A DNA stretch of 56,125 bases, taken from IMG/VR virus record IMGVR_UViG_3300020463_000027, positions 1 to 56,125 of that record, one strand, 5' to 3'. Under the pieces are notes generated by a model, which saw only the letters and a program-made list of their open reading frames with translations, was not told the origin of the DNA and did not search any database. Shown in pieces: positions 16,701-26,800 of this stretch (position 1 is its first letter; every line of letters begins with the position of its first letter). This stretch comes from a virus (lineage: Duplodnaviria; Caudoviricetes). Both the position numbers and the translations under genes were made by a program.

Positions 16701-18875
16701 GGAATGACTGCTACATCAGTCATTAATGAAATTAGTGATGCTGGAGTAACTTCTGTAGAATCTAATTATGCATCTCTAAACATGGGAGAAAGTTTTGATC
16801 TTGCTGAAATTACTTTAGAGAGAGATTTAACTCCTGATGAGATAGAGGTATTCTCTATTGGTGGATCATTAGATCCAGAAAGAGATTTTCTAGAAATATT
16901 TACAAATAGACCTACTATTGCGAGTGAGGTTCAAGTATTTGATACTCATCAGCATAATGCTACTGTTGTATCTGCAGAGGTTCAAGATATTGTATCTCTC
17001 AATTCTATTTCTACTGTTTCTAAGGTAATCACAGCAACTACACAAATTGATATTCCTAACAATGCAATATCAAATATTAACTTCTTTGAGAATGCTGCAT
17101 TATTGGATCTTGACTTCTTTATTGGTGATGTTATTGCTTATATTGCTGACACTTCTAAGTTTGCTCCTATGGGTAAATTGATGATTGGTGATGAGATTGT
17201 ATATTATGAAAAGAAACTTAATGATAGATTCTACCAAATTATTAGAGGATATCAAGGAACAACAGAAAAAGATTGGGTTGCTGGAACATACCTCAGACAA
17301 ATTGAAGATGTAACAGTTATAGCTGCTGGATTACTACAGATTCAGTCTGAGAGTGATGTAAGCATGGTTAGTGCTTCTGCAGGGATTTCTGCATTAGAAA
17401 GAGTTGCACAAAGACAAATTGTTTCTGGTGATTTCTCTATAGCACAGAGAGAAACTCAAGTCACACTCATACCGCCTCCAACTGGTGCTATTGATCAATA
17501 TCAAGAAACAGTATTCTTAGTTGACCCAATTCCAACTAGATCTGGTAATACTACAGGTGGACATGATGGATCTGTAGATTTGATTGAAATTAATGGTGGA
17601 TATCATGTGGCAAGAAGATTGTCTACAGAAGTATTAATTGTTAACTCTGTATTTGGAAGAGACATACAGTATCAAGGAAATTATGTTGCTACAAACGTAG
17701 GTCATAATATAAGTCATTTTGATGGTATGTTTGAAGATGGATTTTCTGATGTTTCTGGAATTTCTATTGGTGATGTAGGTAGATACTTTGCTGATCTTAC
17801 AATAGGTGATTTCTCACGAAGAGGAGATTCTAGTTATCTTCTTTCTGGAACTAAGTTTAACTTAGCACCTCCATCAATACAAAATCCCGCACAAATTAGT
17901 CAGACTAGTGCAACTCCAATGCCATCTACAATTCAAGTTGCAACTACTACAGGATTCCCTGACTCAGGATATATTTTCCATAATACAAATGGAGTAATAG
18001 ATACTCAAGGTTATACATGGAATCAATACACATATGTTGATGGTATTCAAGATCTAGAAACTACTGCTGAGAAAAAGTTTGGAGCTAGATCTGTATTCCT
18101 TGATGAGAATGCAGGTACTGGAAATAATGGTAGTAAACTTTCTGCTGCTATCGGCACTGAGTTTGGAACAGGAGATTTTACAATTGACTTCTGGGCTAAG
18201 AAAGAGGTGGTTAATCAGGGAAACTCTAGTGCAGGATTATTAAACTATAGCTCTAATTTGTTACAAGGTGCATCTTGGAAAGTTTCATCTGGTTTTGGAA
18301 ATTGGTTCTTACCTACTTTTGGTTTCTCAATTTATTTGAATAGTGTATGGAGTTTTAATTTAACTAGTATAGTATTCTGGAATGGTGCAGATGATTCATA
18401 TACCAACTGCGGAAACTTGAGTATAAACTGGACTCATTTTGCAATTGTTCGTTCAAGTGGAACTATTAAAGTTTTTGTTGATGGTGTACAGAAAGCATCT
18501 AAACCTAATACTCAAGATTACAGTGTATCTGGTGCAGCTGCTGCTGGCAATGCATGGGGAACAGGTGCAAATGCTATGTTAAATATTGGTGATAATAACA
18601 TATCTACTGGTTTAGATACCTTTAATGGTTACATAGATGAAATTCACACAAGCAACATTGCTAGATATACATCTAATTTCACACCTCCTACTGTAAGGCA
18701 ACAACCTGATGCATATACCACATCATTTGATAATTTTGACTATCCCGTTGCATCTTATTCTGGTGTGATTAAGTACACTGGTAAAACTGCTAATACCTTT
18801 ACTGGTTGCACAGTACATAGTGGTAGTAATCAGATTGCGTCTGGATCTGAGATAATACCTACAACAATCGTATAA
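7740..18875 (+). CDS. gp7: Giant baseplate wedge initiator-like (gp7-like) multidomain virion protein, 3711 aa
   Basis: Between gp6 and gp8; IESQLPEFI, FYKAKGT..SI, DSFFYQDYSYVVKS...HPAGFKLFG; also YHYH-like, helical globin-like and C-terminal LamG modules. Confidence 0.8.
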   Translation: MPSVKTKRISTLIESQLPEFITSEYELFSKFIQKYYEQQEVQGGTLDIITNIEKYADIDYYEQNILRQFDTLGTSISTSDDTIVLEDATSFPEKNGYVRIDNEIIFYESRTGTTLSGAIRGVSGNTTLGDLYSSSEYTSTNAASHSSGTKVFNVSNLFLYSFIKSFENQYLGSFPEKYLKGEVDKRTLIKNIQKFYKAKGTSSSIEFIFNTIVAKDHTNKPEVYKPRDFTYKVSNADWVNVYAIKAKVVSGDVKSLVGKKIVQTETEEYGYADATVDNVYADGTSDGEQIYNIVLAPETVNGDFGVSTKTRLETTLTGTASTGDRVNVFSTIGWDKTGSILIGSETITFSSKTATQFIIDNRVAQNAVIHSVEESVYKPVTLVGSGVTLLTLGVVYNALPKEGQPFSDVGDKIQISNPGFETDDSKIVNIGTNQTRWIKSTFGAVNVPTLPSVVTSLDQVPTDVSGIFADDQYYYIASSSFPSHKILDGTAVNEEVLDQKLLKIIRKEATRTTETYPIPKTDIGIGLNGVPFYSYKDPESIRFGLLEEIRVDLRGTGYINPPFVLIDQVPNKARAVLAGQVIESIIVDTTDIFPRTPDITITSGRNAVVSAVVTGGKVTSLTIDNPGEFYSSPPLINIRDNAGRGRFAEYESIVNTDGQITGFNKIGEGNFYNQNTVIVDVIPIGNGATGTPLLKEWNYNRYKKLESNLDTENGCVFANYNNVLEYGYGYAANPKALRVSLNDNLSNSGTEPASKTHSPIIGFAYDGNPIYGAFGYQNPLDVSSSIIRMTSSYSINGSRSNGPSLTTYPIGSFVNDYTYTHKSGTLDQNNGRFCITPEFPKGTYAYFITIDSNQVPQYPYILGENFYSLPVDSNYNSNISQDDIPKKSKRLYEAGMPRNGEGFTATISDVKPGTVDAINVIDTSPNFSINSQIYLNNKGTEGSEAEAIVSSVKGKSVNYLESKQTKVVKLTTIQSAYLFADDTLSQPSSGASGTIVGTVRNDSTIVLRNVSGTFDNTGTFSAAIKTFDVLLDQRSSYTKGATLSLTDGINTPIATAEVLEGTSSQNVVQIKVLTGTWVVDDTYFIQSNDLFNTSGTRIVRLTSLSDGLEPFEVNQSVALIETAENHGLGIGDKITIDINPDDSTTTKTYYLRKRLYQEAILLAPSRKTNIDFTGVGRYEILNGGADYTSNTYTGVSLTGGSGSGATATIAVSGAGVVSNVTLENTGAGYARGDLLSVADEDLVRSGASQSTSRLTIYVGHSGLAAGGTSLVVDNANGFAEQDYVKIGDEILQITSITDSTFTVIRGQQSTSDVDHFDGQEVSLYQARYNFTSNFQIFSGANSGYIQSYDSTTQKIVIVYDYGTLLSNAQQVTLSSSFFDTSTPQRLVAVSSVSSSINKFEFSEDNSTFVPNPNIDLQEFYKYKFDTSHSSLTGTYFDISPSNNFNLVTIEKTASTILPGNAGAFTDVKFGYGYRAGNTYETKTGTDFTNFYYFDNKNIVNAGNAYFKIITDPLQSIRTVNYVTPNRFVYDIPSEPLWDGSGSISYTTTGQFAIGKINTADIINLGINYKKVPIIVGADPNESFRASATVLFDSAAGIITGVNITNEGSNYSNPKVVITNGDGVDASFNIVGREGKVFSITIENEGRGYTFAPEIIIVEGDVDAYVDSDSIGVPKSINIIRNGGAFHLDKTVASTFTSNYVLSVKPVSGSLPTFRRGEIVVQKINDVEVARARVSEWRDGSNLLKVENITGILRENVSITSIIRSEVTATVTHIFVTVFDEQISSFYDNLGFYQSDKGKLGVSNQKITDSFFYQDYSYVVKSKTSIEQWRDLIKSTTHPAGFKLFGQVDVEATASSEMPVEVPEASHFSVIQLWDPNKNRITVENSTYVITQSVQKVENQRIRKAFGTAATSEFNFNEVTAFEFTLNGSFDGYYDNDGKLQGTTSFQILKDGVAYTPASSKGLIVTLDGVLQEPDVAYTISGDSIIFSAPPLGDGTKAGSSYKGVKFYAKVFQFKDDQYNTKHLRKVRNIFQRGGTWIDAANQIERNVQFIINETVGYGKATYSSLDWSTKQDDYESNIRALLDAFQHDLRFGGNVKTFDYTSIFNSSSDYLYIQNNKTESIAIFEYANRLAKLAIRNWDFIDVGIAYIQGQKAVTVTSTKNLAIGLFVSSGKAFPDETKIVSIDSETQVTLNNAALANSGGGGGAPAGVTPITGTAAGGSSTNATNTAAVAPGNTFDVPPGSTFIVPTSFSGTDQAKFGWSALNNGMFYKAGELIEKNTTEIIQLALNATQTQYPNLGWGGGPGVAPYYPLQMRPLVEAYVYHLKLGGNSKIVDNAQLYYRDYDYPYGETLYYDASTLGLQGKGITGTVESTLYIMNQVKIACIQAMRNQLSVTDPNVLVDSNSPTCAEVESTLETYHSINVTILEEGRNLVEKTEQNNNKVGNWTNSRTYSNYNILGDPLIPAQECTTVISAMDSLHDNLSEIINENSVTKSLPDYIDGETTDFELYWDDNTEVNTEADENLFLSLNAVIQRPKFTENYPLSDAYFIDRTVIPNVIKFDVPPIWDQDLGAKTIGEPTAVEKVTGIGVGNYKRLTIDKDLVDGVRNGPFLILDVEDLTVQSIESEDNLYVFLDGVLQVNGKSYTVSGPNITFSTSIKPEMQIDMRYLYGRDVGQILNIYDFAPDTYYATGTFSFDTDATTKTNLLGYTWMGDALGAPIHLWQVRANGTYNVIGALSNASSSGNTVTFEIRGQNGSVESGLDLVFAPKGYYDRTFTIPDADISNEILNYNVDTDGRKLLKDDNAIWAGTSIGRTYKPPFVYLSKDDKIRVEGEEGFRKVKELPQTATSKDGRPSEQLSDDIFGAVSIETYTGITRGEGLSVVATVENGSVTKLTWNQRNYDPVTQPTAYQYFTPPVLKFIPNDSTGGGARANVLVSKGQVISVDLIDGGSGYTVAPKVVTTRRFDILTERDIGVSLINIGFQTNITTGGMTATSVINEISDAGVTSVESNYASLNMGESFDLAEITLERDLTPDEIEVFSIGGSLDPERDFLEIFTNRPTIASEVQVFDTHQHNATVVSAEVQDIVSLNSISTVSKVITATTQIDIPNNAISNINFFENAALLDLDFFIGDVIAYIADTSKFAPMGKLMIGDEIVYYEKKLNDRFYQIIRGYQGTTEKDWVAGTYLRQIEDVTVIAAGLLQIQSESDVSMVSASAGISALERVAQRQIVSGDFSIAQRETQVTLIPPPTGAIDQYQETVFLVDPIPTRSGNTTGGHDGSVDLIEINGGYHVARRLSTEVLIVNSVFGRDIQYQGNYVATNVGHNISHFDGMFEDGFSDVSGISIGDVGRYFADLTIGDFSRRGDSSYLLSGTKFNLAPPSIQNPAQISQTSATPMPSTIQVATTTGFPDSGYIFHNTNGVIDTQGYTWNQYTYVDGIQDLETTAEKKFGARSVFLDENAGTGNNGSKLSAAIGTEFGTGDFTIDFWAKKEVVNQGNSSAGLLNYSSNLLQGASWKVSSGFGNWFLPTFGFSIYLNSVWSFNLTSIVFWNGADDSYTNCGNLSINWTHFAIVRSSGTIKVFVDGVQKASKPNTQDYSVSGAAAAGNAWGTGANAMLNIGDNNISTGLDTFNGYIDEIHTSNIARYTSNFTPPTVRQQPDAYTTSFDNFDYPVASYSGVIKYTGKTANTFTGCTVHSGSNQIASGSEIIPTTIV

Positions 18876-18890
18876 ATAATCGTATAAATA
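18866..18890 (+). promoter_or_regulatory. Tandem late promoters (2 x TATAAATA) formed by a 12-bp tandem duplication
   Basis: AATCGTATAAAT twice at 18866-18889; TATAAATA at 18871-18878 and 18883-18890. Confidence 0.8.
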
Positions 18891-18929
18891 ACTCAGGCAC
18901 ACTTTTAATTTACGTCGGAACAGGAAACA

Positions 18930-20744
18930 ATGGCTGCTATTATATCTGATAAGTTTAGGATTTTCAATGCTAAACAATTTCTAGAATCACTTTCTGAGGG
19001 TGCAACGGACACCAGTGCAGATAGATCTAGGATGTACTTCTTCGTGGGAAGACCACAACCGTGGAAAGCATATTTAGAAATTTACGCAAAAAATGCAACT
19101 GCATTTAGTGTAGGGGATGAGGTCTATGTAGGGACATATGGATCTACGAGTTTCCGTGCCACTATTTCTAAAGTTTATGACAGTGCCCTTTTATTAACCG
19201 ACGTCTTTGGAAGTGCTGGTGTTAACTCTGCTCCTGCTCTAGGTTCTTCTCTTAAAGGTAGAACTGGAGGTTCTGGAGGTTCTGACACAGGTGCCACAGC
19301 TAAATCTGGAATTTATCGTTATGCTACAGAGGATGTTCCACCTCTACCACTTGATAACCAAGATGAGAAAGTTGCTTTATATGACGAGCTTATTGCAGCT
19401 AAGCGTATTACTAGTTCTTTTGCAAGAACAGTTATCCGTCGTTACAACTGGGATCTAGTTGCTAACCCTAAGTATGATATGTGGAAACCTGGTTACTCTG
19501 CTACACCTGGTGGCGGTGGTCAAATAGGTAGACAGACAGCAACTGGTGCTACATCTATTGCAGATGCTAAGTTCTATGTAATGAACTCTGCATACGAAGT
19601 ATTCAAGTGTCTTTATAATGGAGAGAATCCATCTAACACAACTGGACAGAACGCAACAGAGGAACCAACCGTAGCTGGTGGTAACTATGATTCTGCAACT
19701 GGTATTTACACAGAGACAACTGGTGCAGGATACATCTGGAAGTATATGTACACTATTCCTACTGATGATGTTCTTAAGTTCTTATCATCAGATTTCATGC
19801 CAATCGTTCTTCCTGCTAACGCTTCTAGAACAACTGTTACTGGATTGGCAACTGATGGAGCAGTTGATGTTGCTCTTATTGAAGACGCTGGAAGTGGACT
19901 TCCTGCATCACAAACTCTATACACAAGTATTAAAGGTGACGGATCAAACGGTATTGTAAAATTTGTTACAAACGGTTCTGGTACTATCACATCTGCTGAG
20001 ATTCAAGCTCGTGGATCAGGTTACACATATGCTAACGTATTGTTTGCTAATGGTAATCTATTTTCTAATGCAGGACTATCATCTGCTGTAACAACTGGTG
20101 CATCTGCTGTTGGATCTATTAAACTAATTCTTCCACCAGAGGGTGGACATGGTTCTGATCATGAAACAGAACTTAATGGTAAGCGTGTTATGACAAATAT
20201 CCGTCTTACATATTCAGAAGGATCTGGAGACTTCCCTGTAGATAACGATTTCCGTCGTATTGGTATCATTGCTGATCCATTTAACTGGGGAACAACAACA
20301 TTCTCAACTGCTGACACTTTATCTGGATTGAAAGCAATTAAGATTACTGGTGCTAGTGCTGATTACACTGTTGATGAAAAAATACAACAGACTGTAACTG
20401 GTGGTACTGCATATGGTACAGTTGTATCATGGACATTAGATAGTGGTTCTACAACTGCTGGTGTTCTTAAGTATATCCAAACAAATGACCAACATACTGA
20501 CCAAGGTGTTGTTAGAGCATTTGAATCAAATGGTTCTAATGCAATTACTGGTGAAGAGTCAACTGCATCTGGTAATGTTTCAACAAGTTATGGTAGTGCA
20601 TTATTAGGAGTTACATTCTCTAGTGGTCTTGCTGCTCCAGAAGTTGAAAATAACTCAGGTGATGTTATCTATGTTGAAAACAGAAGACTAATTACTCGTG
20701 CACCTGATCAGATAGAAGATATCAAGTTAGTAATTGAATTCTAA
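18930..20744 (+). CDS. gp8: Baseplate wedge subunit gp8
   Basis: MAAIISDKFRIFNA, YFFVGRPQPW, VFKCLYN, GYIWKYMYTI, NDFRRIGII.DP, SGDVIYVENR..ITRA.DQ.EDIKLVIEF. Confidence 0.9.
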   Translation: MAAIISDKFRIFNAKQFLESLSEGATDTSADRSRMYFFVGRPQPWKAYLEIYAKNATAFSVGDEVYVGTYGSTSFRATISKVYDSALLLTDVFGSAGVNSAPALGSSLKGRTGGSGGSDTGATAKSGIYRYATEDVPPLPLDNQDEKVALYDELIAAKRITSSFARTVIRRYNWDLVANPKYDMWKPGYSATPGGGGQIGRQTATGATSIADAKFYVMNSAYEVFKCLYNGENPSNTTGQNATEEPTVAGGNYDSATGIYTETTGAGYIWKYMYTIPTDDVLKFLSSDFMPIVLPANASRTTVTGLATDGAVDVALIEDAGSGLPASQTLYTSIKGDGSNGIVKFVTNGSGTITSAEIQARGSGYTYANVLFANGNLFSNAGLSSAVTTGASAVGSIKLILPPEGGHGSDHETELNGKRVMTNIRLTYSEGSGDFPVDNDFRRIGIIADPFNWGTTTFSTADTLSGLKAIKITGASADYTVDEKIQQTVTGGTAYGTVVSWTLDSGSTTAGVLKYIQTNDQHTDQGVVRAFESNGSNAITGEESTASGNVSTSYGSALLGVTFSSGLAAPEVENNSGDVIYVENRRLITRAPDQIEDIKLVIEF

Positions 20745-20759
20745 TATTGGAAAACTTCG

Positions 20760-20766
20760 CTAAATA
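20760..20766 (+). promoter_or_regulatory. Late promoter (CTAAATA)
   Basis: Intergenic, upstream of 20801. Confidence 0.6.
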
Positions 20767-20800
20767 ATATGACGAGAACTAGATATATTGGCGGAGTACA

Positions 20801-23800
20801 ATGCCTCAAAAGACGAATCTTAATGTAAGCCCATACTACGAAGATTTTGATGCGAATAAGAATTTTTATAAAATTCTATTTCGTCCAGGATTTTCTATAC
20901 AAGGCAGAGAATTAACACAAGTACAATCTATTCTTCAGAATCAGGTTGAAAGTTTTGGTAAATATGCTTTCAAACAGGGAGAGTTGGTAATACCTGGTGA
21001 AGTAGGATTAAATACAAAATTAGATTATGTAAAATTATCCTCAGTATCTGAGGTTGCAGTATCAGAAGGAAATGATATTGTTTACAAAAAATATGATATC
21101 TCTCAGTTGATTGGGCAACAACTACAGGGATTAACTTCTGGTGTTAAGGGTTCTATTCTTGCAACTAAGTTATCAACAGAAACATCTGCAGATACATTAT
21201 TTGTTAATTACATTAATAGTGGTTCGTCTAATACTGAGACTACTTTTAGACAAGGTGAGACTCTAGAAGTTATTGATGGTGTGAATACTCCTTTACTCGT
21301 TGTTGGTACTGATGGAAGTGTACTTCCCACTAGTATTTCTGTTACTAATCCTGATACTGGAGAAGTAACATCTTTAGAAAGTCCTGCAATGGGATTTGGT
21401 TCTGCTGTTAAAGTAGAAGAGGGTATATATTTTGTTAATGGATATTTTGTGAGGAATGAAGAAGAACTTTTAGTTATTGATGAGTATTACAACAAACCAT
21501 CTGCAAAAGTAGGTTTTGTAATTAAAGAAGAAATTGTAACTCCAGAAGAAGATGCATCTCTATATGATAATTCAATAGGTTCTGCAAACTATACTGCACC
21601 TGGTGCAAATAGATTAAAGATATCTCTTTCATTAAAAGAATTTGCACTTGGTGCGATTACTGATAAAAATTTCATACAACTCCTTACTGTATCTAGAGGA
21701 CTTGTACAGAGTAAAGTATCTACTACAGATTTTAGTGTATTAGAACAAACTCTTGCTCGTAGAACATTTGACGAGTCTGGTGATTATGTTGTAGAAAACT
21801 TTGATATTGATGTAAGAGAGTTAGCACAAAAAGATGGTAACAGAGGTATTTTTGGTGCTGATGAATTTGGATTATATAACGGATATACTGCTGGTGATGC
21901 ATCTAGAAAGATGATTGCTAGTATTGGACCTGGCAAGGCATATATTAAAGGTTATGAGATTGTCAATAAAGAGACTAAGTATCTTGAGATTAATAAAGCA
22001 AGAGAAAGTCTTTCTACTGACAATGTAACTTTAAAATCAAGAGGTCTGCCAACATATAATATTACTAATGTATACGGTAGTGTTCCTTTAAACAAAGAAG
22101 GATCTGATCTCACTGCATATCCAGACGTATTTTTGTACAACACATTTAATGATGGTTCTATTGGATTAAATAACACAGAGTTAAGTACAGATCACAGACA
22201 AACTATAGATAGAAGAGGAAAGACATTCTCATCTGATGATGGTGTTAAAACTATCACTATTCAAGTTTCAAGTGCTACAACATTAATTGGTGCAGTTACA
22301 GATACTACATTCCAAACACAATTTGGAACTTTATATTATATTAAAACTAGATCTGATGGCGGTTCACCTACAGCAATTGGTTCTTTCAAAACATTATCTT
22401 TTGCCACTACTAACAAACCACTTGTTAATTCATCAGAGTCTGTTCAGTATCTAGAAGTTACAATATTTGGTGCTAAAGATGAATTGGAACTATTGTTACT
22501 AGAGTATGATTTATCAGACGATGAATTTAAAAGAAAGATTTTTTTAACACAGAGTGCTGCACAAGCAAACTCTGGTGATGAGTTTGGATTTATTGTTGAT
22601 TACTCTGATACTATCACACCTGTAATTGGTAAATCAAAACCTAGTAATTTTACAGTAAAAGAACGAGGTAGTGGATTTAATCCAGATTCTGACGTAGTAT
22701 TATCAAAGGGACGTTTAGCAGCAGGAACAACTACTTACAATTCAACTTTTGGATATTCTTATTTTGATCCTCAGTTCTTTACTAAAATTATTTTACAGAA
22801 TACTCCTACAGGAACAAATGCATTTGATGAAGGTAGTTATGTATTTGGTATCAATAGTAAAGCGTATGGTGTTGTAGAGGGTTCATCAACTGGTAATTAT
22901 TCTACTGGTAAAATATTATTTGTAAAGACATTATCAGGTAAGTTTTTGTCAGGTGAGACAATACAAGATGAGGGAGGAAACACTGTAAGAATTGCACAAG
23001 ACAATACGATATCCCATTTTGTTGTTCAAAATAGGGGATTGGGATATGCAGATGGTGCTACTTTATTAATTAATGGACTGGAGTATGATAGTTCTAAAAT
23101 TTCATTATCTAGAACAAATGATGGAAAAATTTATAAGGCAGCAATAACAAATAGATCTGCTGTAAGTATTGAGTATGCTCAACCTCCTGCTATAACAGTT
23201 CAAAATCCAGCAAGTGCTGGTGCACCTAATGCAGCTGCATCTGTTGTACCTTGTTTATTCAGAAATACAGTCACTACATACACACCACAAAATGTTAAAT
23301 CTATTGGTTGTTCATATGGTGCTGGAAATGAGAATGTATTTACAGCAGACGTTGTTGTAGATAGTCAAAAGTATTCTGAAATTAAAACTGTAACTGACTA
23401 TACATTCTTTGGTGCAAAAGGATCTAACTTTATTGAATCTACAAGTTTCAGTGCAAATGCTTCTACTGTTGTACAACAAGGAGACTTAGTACAATTTTCT
23501 GATGATAGTAATAATCTTGTTAGAGCAGTTGTACAGTATGCAACAGAACAACAAGGATCATATAAATCTAGAATCTACTTAGATACAGCTTTACCAGGTG
23601 CAGTTACTAATGCTAGTATTGTAAGATTACGTCCAAAGGTGGACAATTCTACAAGTGGCACACTACTATACACAACTGGTAGTAAGCAAGTATCTCAAAT
23701 ATCTGCTGGTGGAGATGATACTAAGATTAAGTATTACTTCCGTAGAGATTTTGTAACTACAGCATCTAGTTCTGGTGGTACAATTACATTTGCTGCACAA

Positions 23801-26800
23801 TTACCGTTTGGTACTCAAAGATTTGCTGCATATCGTGAAGAGAACTTTATAATCACAATACTAGATCCTGGTGATGCACCTGATATTACAAAAGGTGATA
23901 TAATTTATGTTGAGTCTGATGATGTAGAAATTACTTCAGCTACCGATACTGCTAGTGGTTTAACATCTGGTAGTATTAGTTTACAATTACCATTAAATTA
24001 TTTTGGAACTATTGCAACTAATGGTGCTTTTCCTAAACTTAAGTTGACAGCAACACTAGAGGTATCTAATGCAAAACCAAGACTTAAGACTGCAATCAAG
24101 AACAAGAGAATTACAGTCACATCTGCTGGTGATCGCATAGTTCCATTAAGAGGAACTGATTACGATAGTGAGGCAGTAGAAATACTATCATATTCAGATG
24201 CTTACAAATTAAGATATGTATACGAAGGAACATCATCACAACCTCCTGAGATTGATACTGCTGGTAATCTAATTTCTGGTACTGATGTAACATCTAGATA
24301 TACATTTGATAATGGACAAAGAGATACAATATATGATGTTTCTAGAATAGTTTTGAAACCAGGTTTTGAAGAAACTACAGGTCAACTTGTTATTGCATTT
24401 GATTACTTTGAACATTCACAAGGTGACTTTGTTACTATAGACAGTTACTTACATGATGCTGGAGTTCCAGAAGATGAAATTCCAGACTTTAATTCTTCTG
24501 TATTAGGAATAGTAGAACTTAAAAATGTAATTGATTTTAGACCAAAAGTAGATAGCACTGCTATTATACCAGGTTTCTTGAACAAATCATTATTAGAAGT
24601 TACAGATAGTCCTTTTGCTGGTGCTGGTGCTGTAGTTTCTAGTACTCCTGCTCCTGATACAAACTTAGAATACACATTCTCATTCAGTCAGAAACAATAT
24701 CTAGATCGTATTGATGGAATATTTTTAGATAAGAAAGGTAAGTTTATAGTTAAAGAAGGTAACTCATCTCTTAACCCAACTAAACCAGATCCAATAGAAG
24801 ATGCAGTTCCATTATTCTATGCATACGTTCCTGCATTTACAAAGACAAGTAAAGATGTAAGACTTACTCCTGTAGATAATCGTCGTTATACAATGCGTGA
24901 CATTGGTAAGTTAGAAAAACGTATTGAAAGATTAGAATACTACACCACACTTAGTATACTAGAACAGCAAGCACTTAATATGCAAGTTAAGGATGAGATA
25001 GGTCTTGATAGATTTAAGTCTGGTTTCTTTGTTGATAATTTTGAGGCACATAAGGTTGGTAATCTTAGATCTCTTGATTATAAGTGTGCTGTAGATCCAC
25101 AACAATCAGTATTACGTCCACAATCTAAGGAAGATTCTATTCATCTTGTAGAAGTTAACACTAGAAATGATCAGAGAGCAGTTTCTGGATATAAGAAATC
25201 AGGACATATGATCACATTGCCATATCAATCATTATCTTTATTGGGAAATGACTTTGCTTCTTCTACATTAAATCCAAATCCATTTGTTGTATTACAATAT
25301 GTTGGTGATAGTCATGTATCTCCGTCAATAGATCAGTGGTATGATTCAAGTATAGAACCAGTTGTTGTAGATACAAATACAGATCTATTCAATATATTTT
25401 TAGCAAAGGAAAATGTAAAAGAAAGTTTCTCTAGTATTCATAACTCATTTATTGTAAACTGGGTGGGTGCTTCATCATCATTTACAAGTATCAATTCTTT
25501 AGGTGGTGTAAACTCACAGATTGCTAATACATCTGTACAAACTGCATCTGTTGGTAGTACATCCAACATCAGTCCACAGAATAATGAAGTTGGAAAAGGT
25601 GTACAAACTAAAACTGTTAATGGTAATTTAGTGTCAACATCATTATCACTATTTGCTAGGAGTGTTCCTATCAAATTTAATGTTGGTAGAATGAAACCAA
25701 ATACAAAAATTTATGTATTCTTGGAAGGTAGAGATATTAGTCGTTGGGTTAATCCTGATCTTAGATATACAGGTATCGCAGGAAACTCATTATCAGCATT
25801 TAACGGTACTGTAACAACTGATGAATATGGTAATGCTAGTGGTCTAATAGTTCTTCCATCTGGATATCCACCAGCTGAAAATGCTGTTTGGGGAGGAGAT
25901 ATTGATAGTTTATCTTATGACACAGATTCTGAGCAAATAACACTGACTACAGGAACTCTAACATTTAGATTTACATCCAGTTCTACTAATCAAGCAAAAG
26001 AAGAAGTAGATTCTTACACAGAAGTCAAGTATTATGCAACAGGTATTCTTCCACAGAATCCAGATAGTATCATCTCTACTAAACCAGCAATATTTAAATC
26101 AAATGAAGGTGTACAGTTAATAGAGAGTAATACTGATAATCCTGTAAGACCTAATCCTCTTGCACAAACATTCAAGGTTGAAAACTTTGATGGTGGTGTA
26201 TTTGTAACAGGATTAGATTTGTTCTTTAGTAAAAAGAGTACAAATATACCAATTAAAACTTACATTACAAATGTAAATGCTGAAAAACCAGGTAAGAGTA
26301 TCGTACCTGGTAGTGAAAAAACATTATCACCTAATACATTCATAAGATGTTTTGCTAGTGGTAATATGTCAATACTCAAAGGTGAGACTGTAACTGGTAA
26401 TTCTTCTGCTGCATCTGGTCCTATACTTCAAGTATTTGATAAGAACAATGTAGAATTAGTTGCTTCAGCAACTGGTAGATATAGTCTTACTAATGAGCAA
26501 GTATATACGGTTGTTATCAGTAATCATAATGGTAGATCTTTTACACCTAATGAAGGATTGACAATTCCATCTGTAACTCTTGCAAACGCAACTAATGGCA
26601 CAGATTTTATTTTAACAATTGCAAAAGATAGTGGTAAACTTTCTGATTTGAGAATTACAAATCCTGGTCTTAATTATGATAGTGCAATTCTAACAATAGA
26701 GAGTCCACAATTACCAGGTGGATCTACTGCTACAGCAAGTATAGAAGTTTCTGGTGGTCAGATTTATAATGCTGAGGTATCACTATCTGGATTTGGATAT

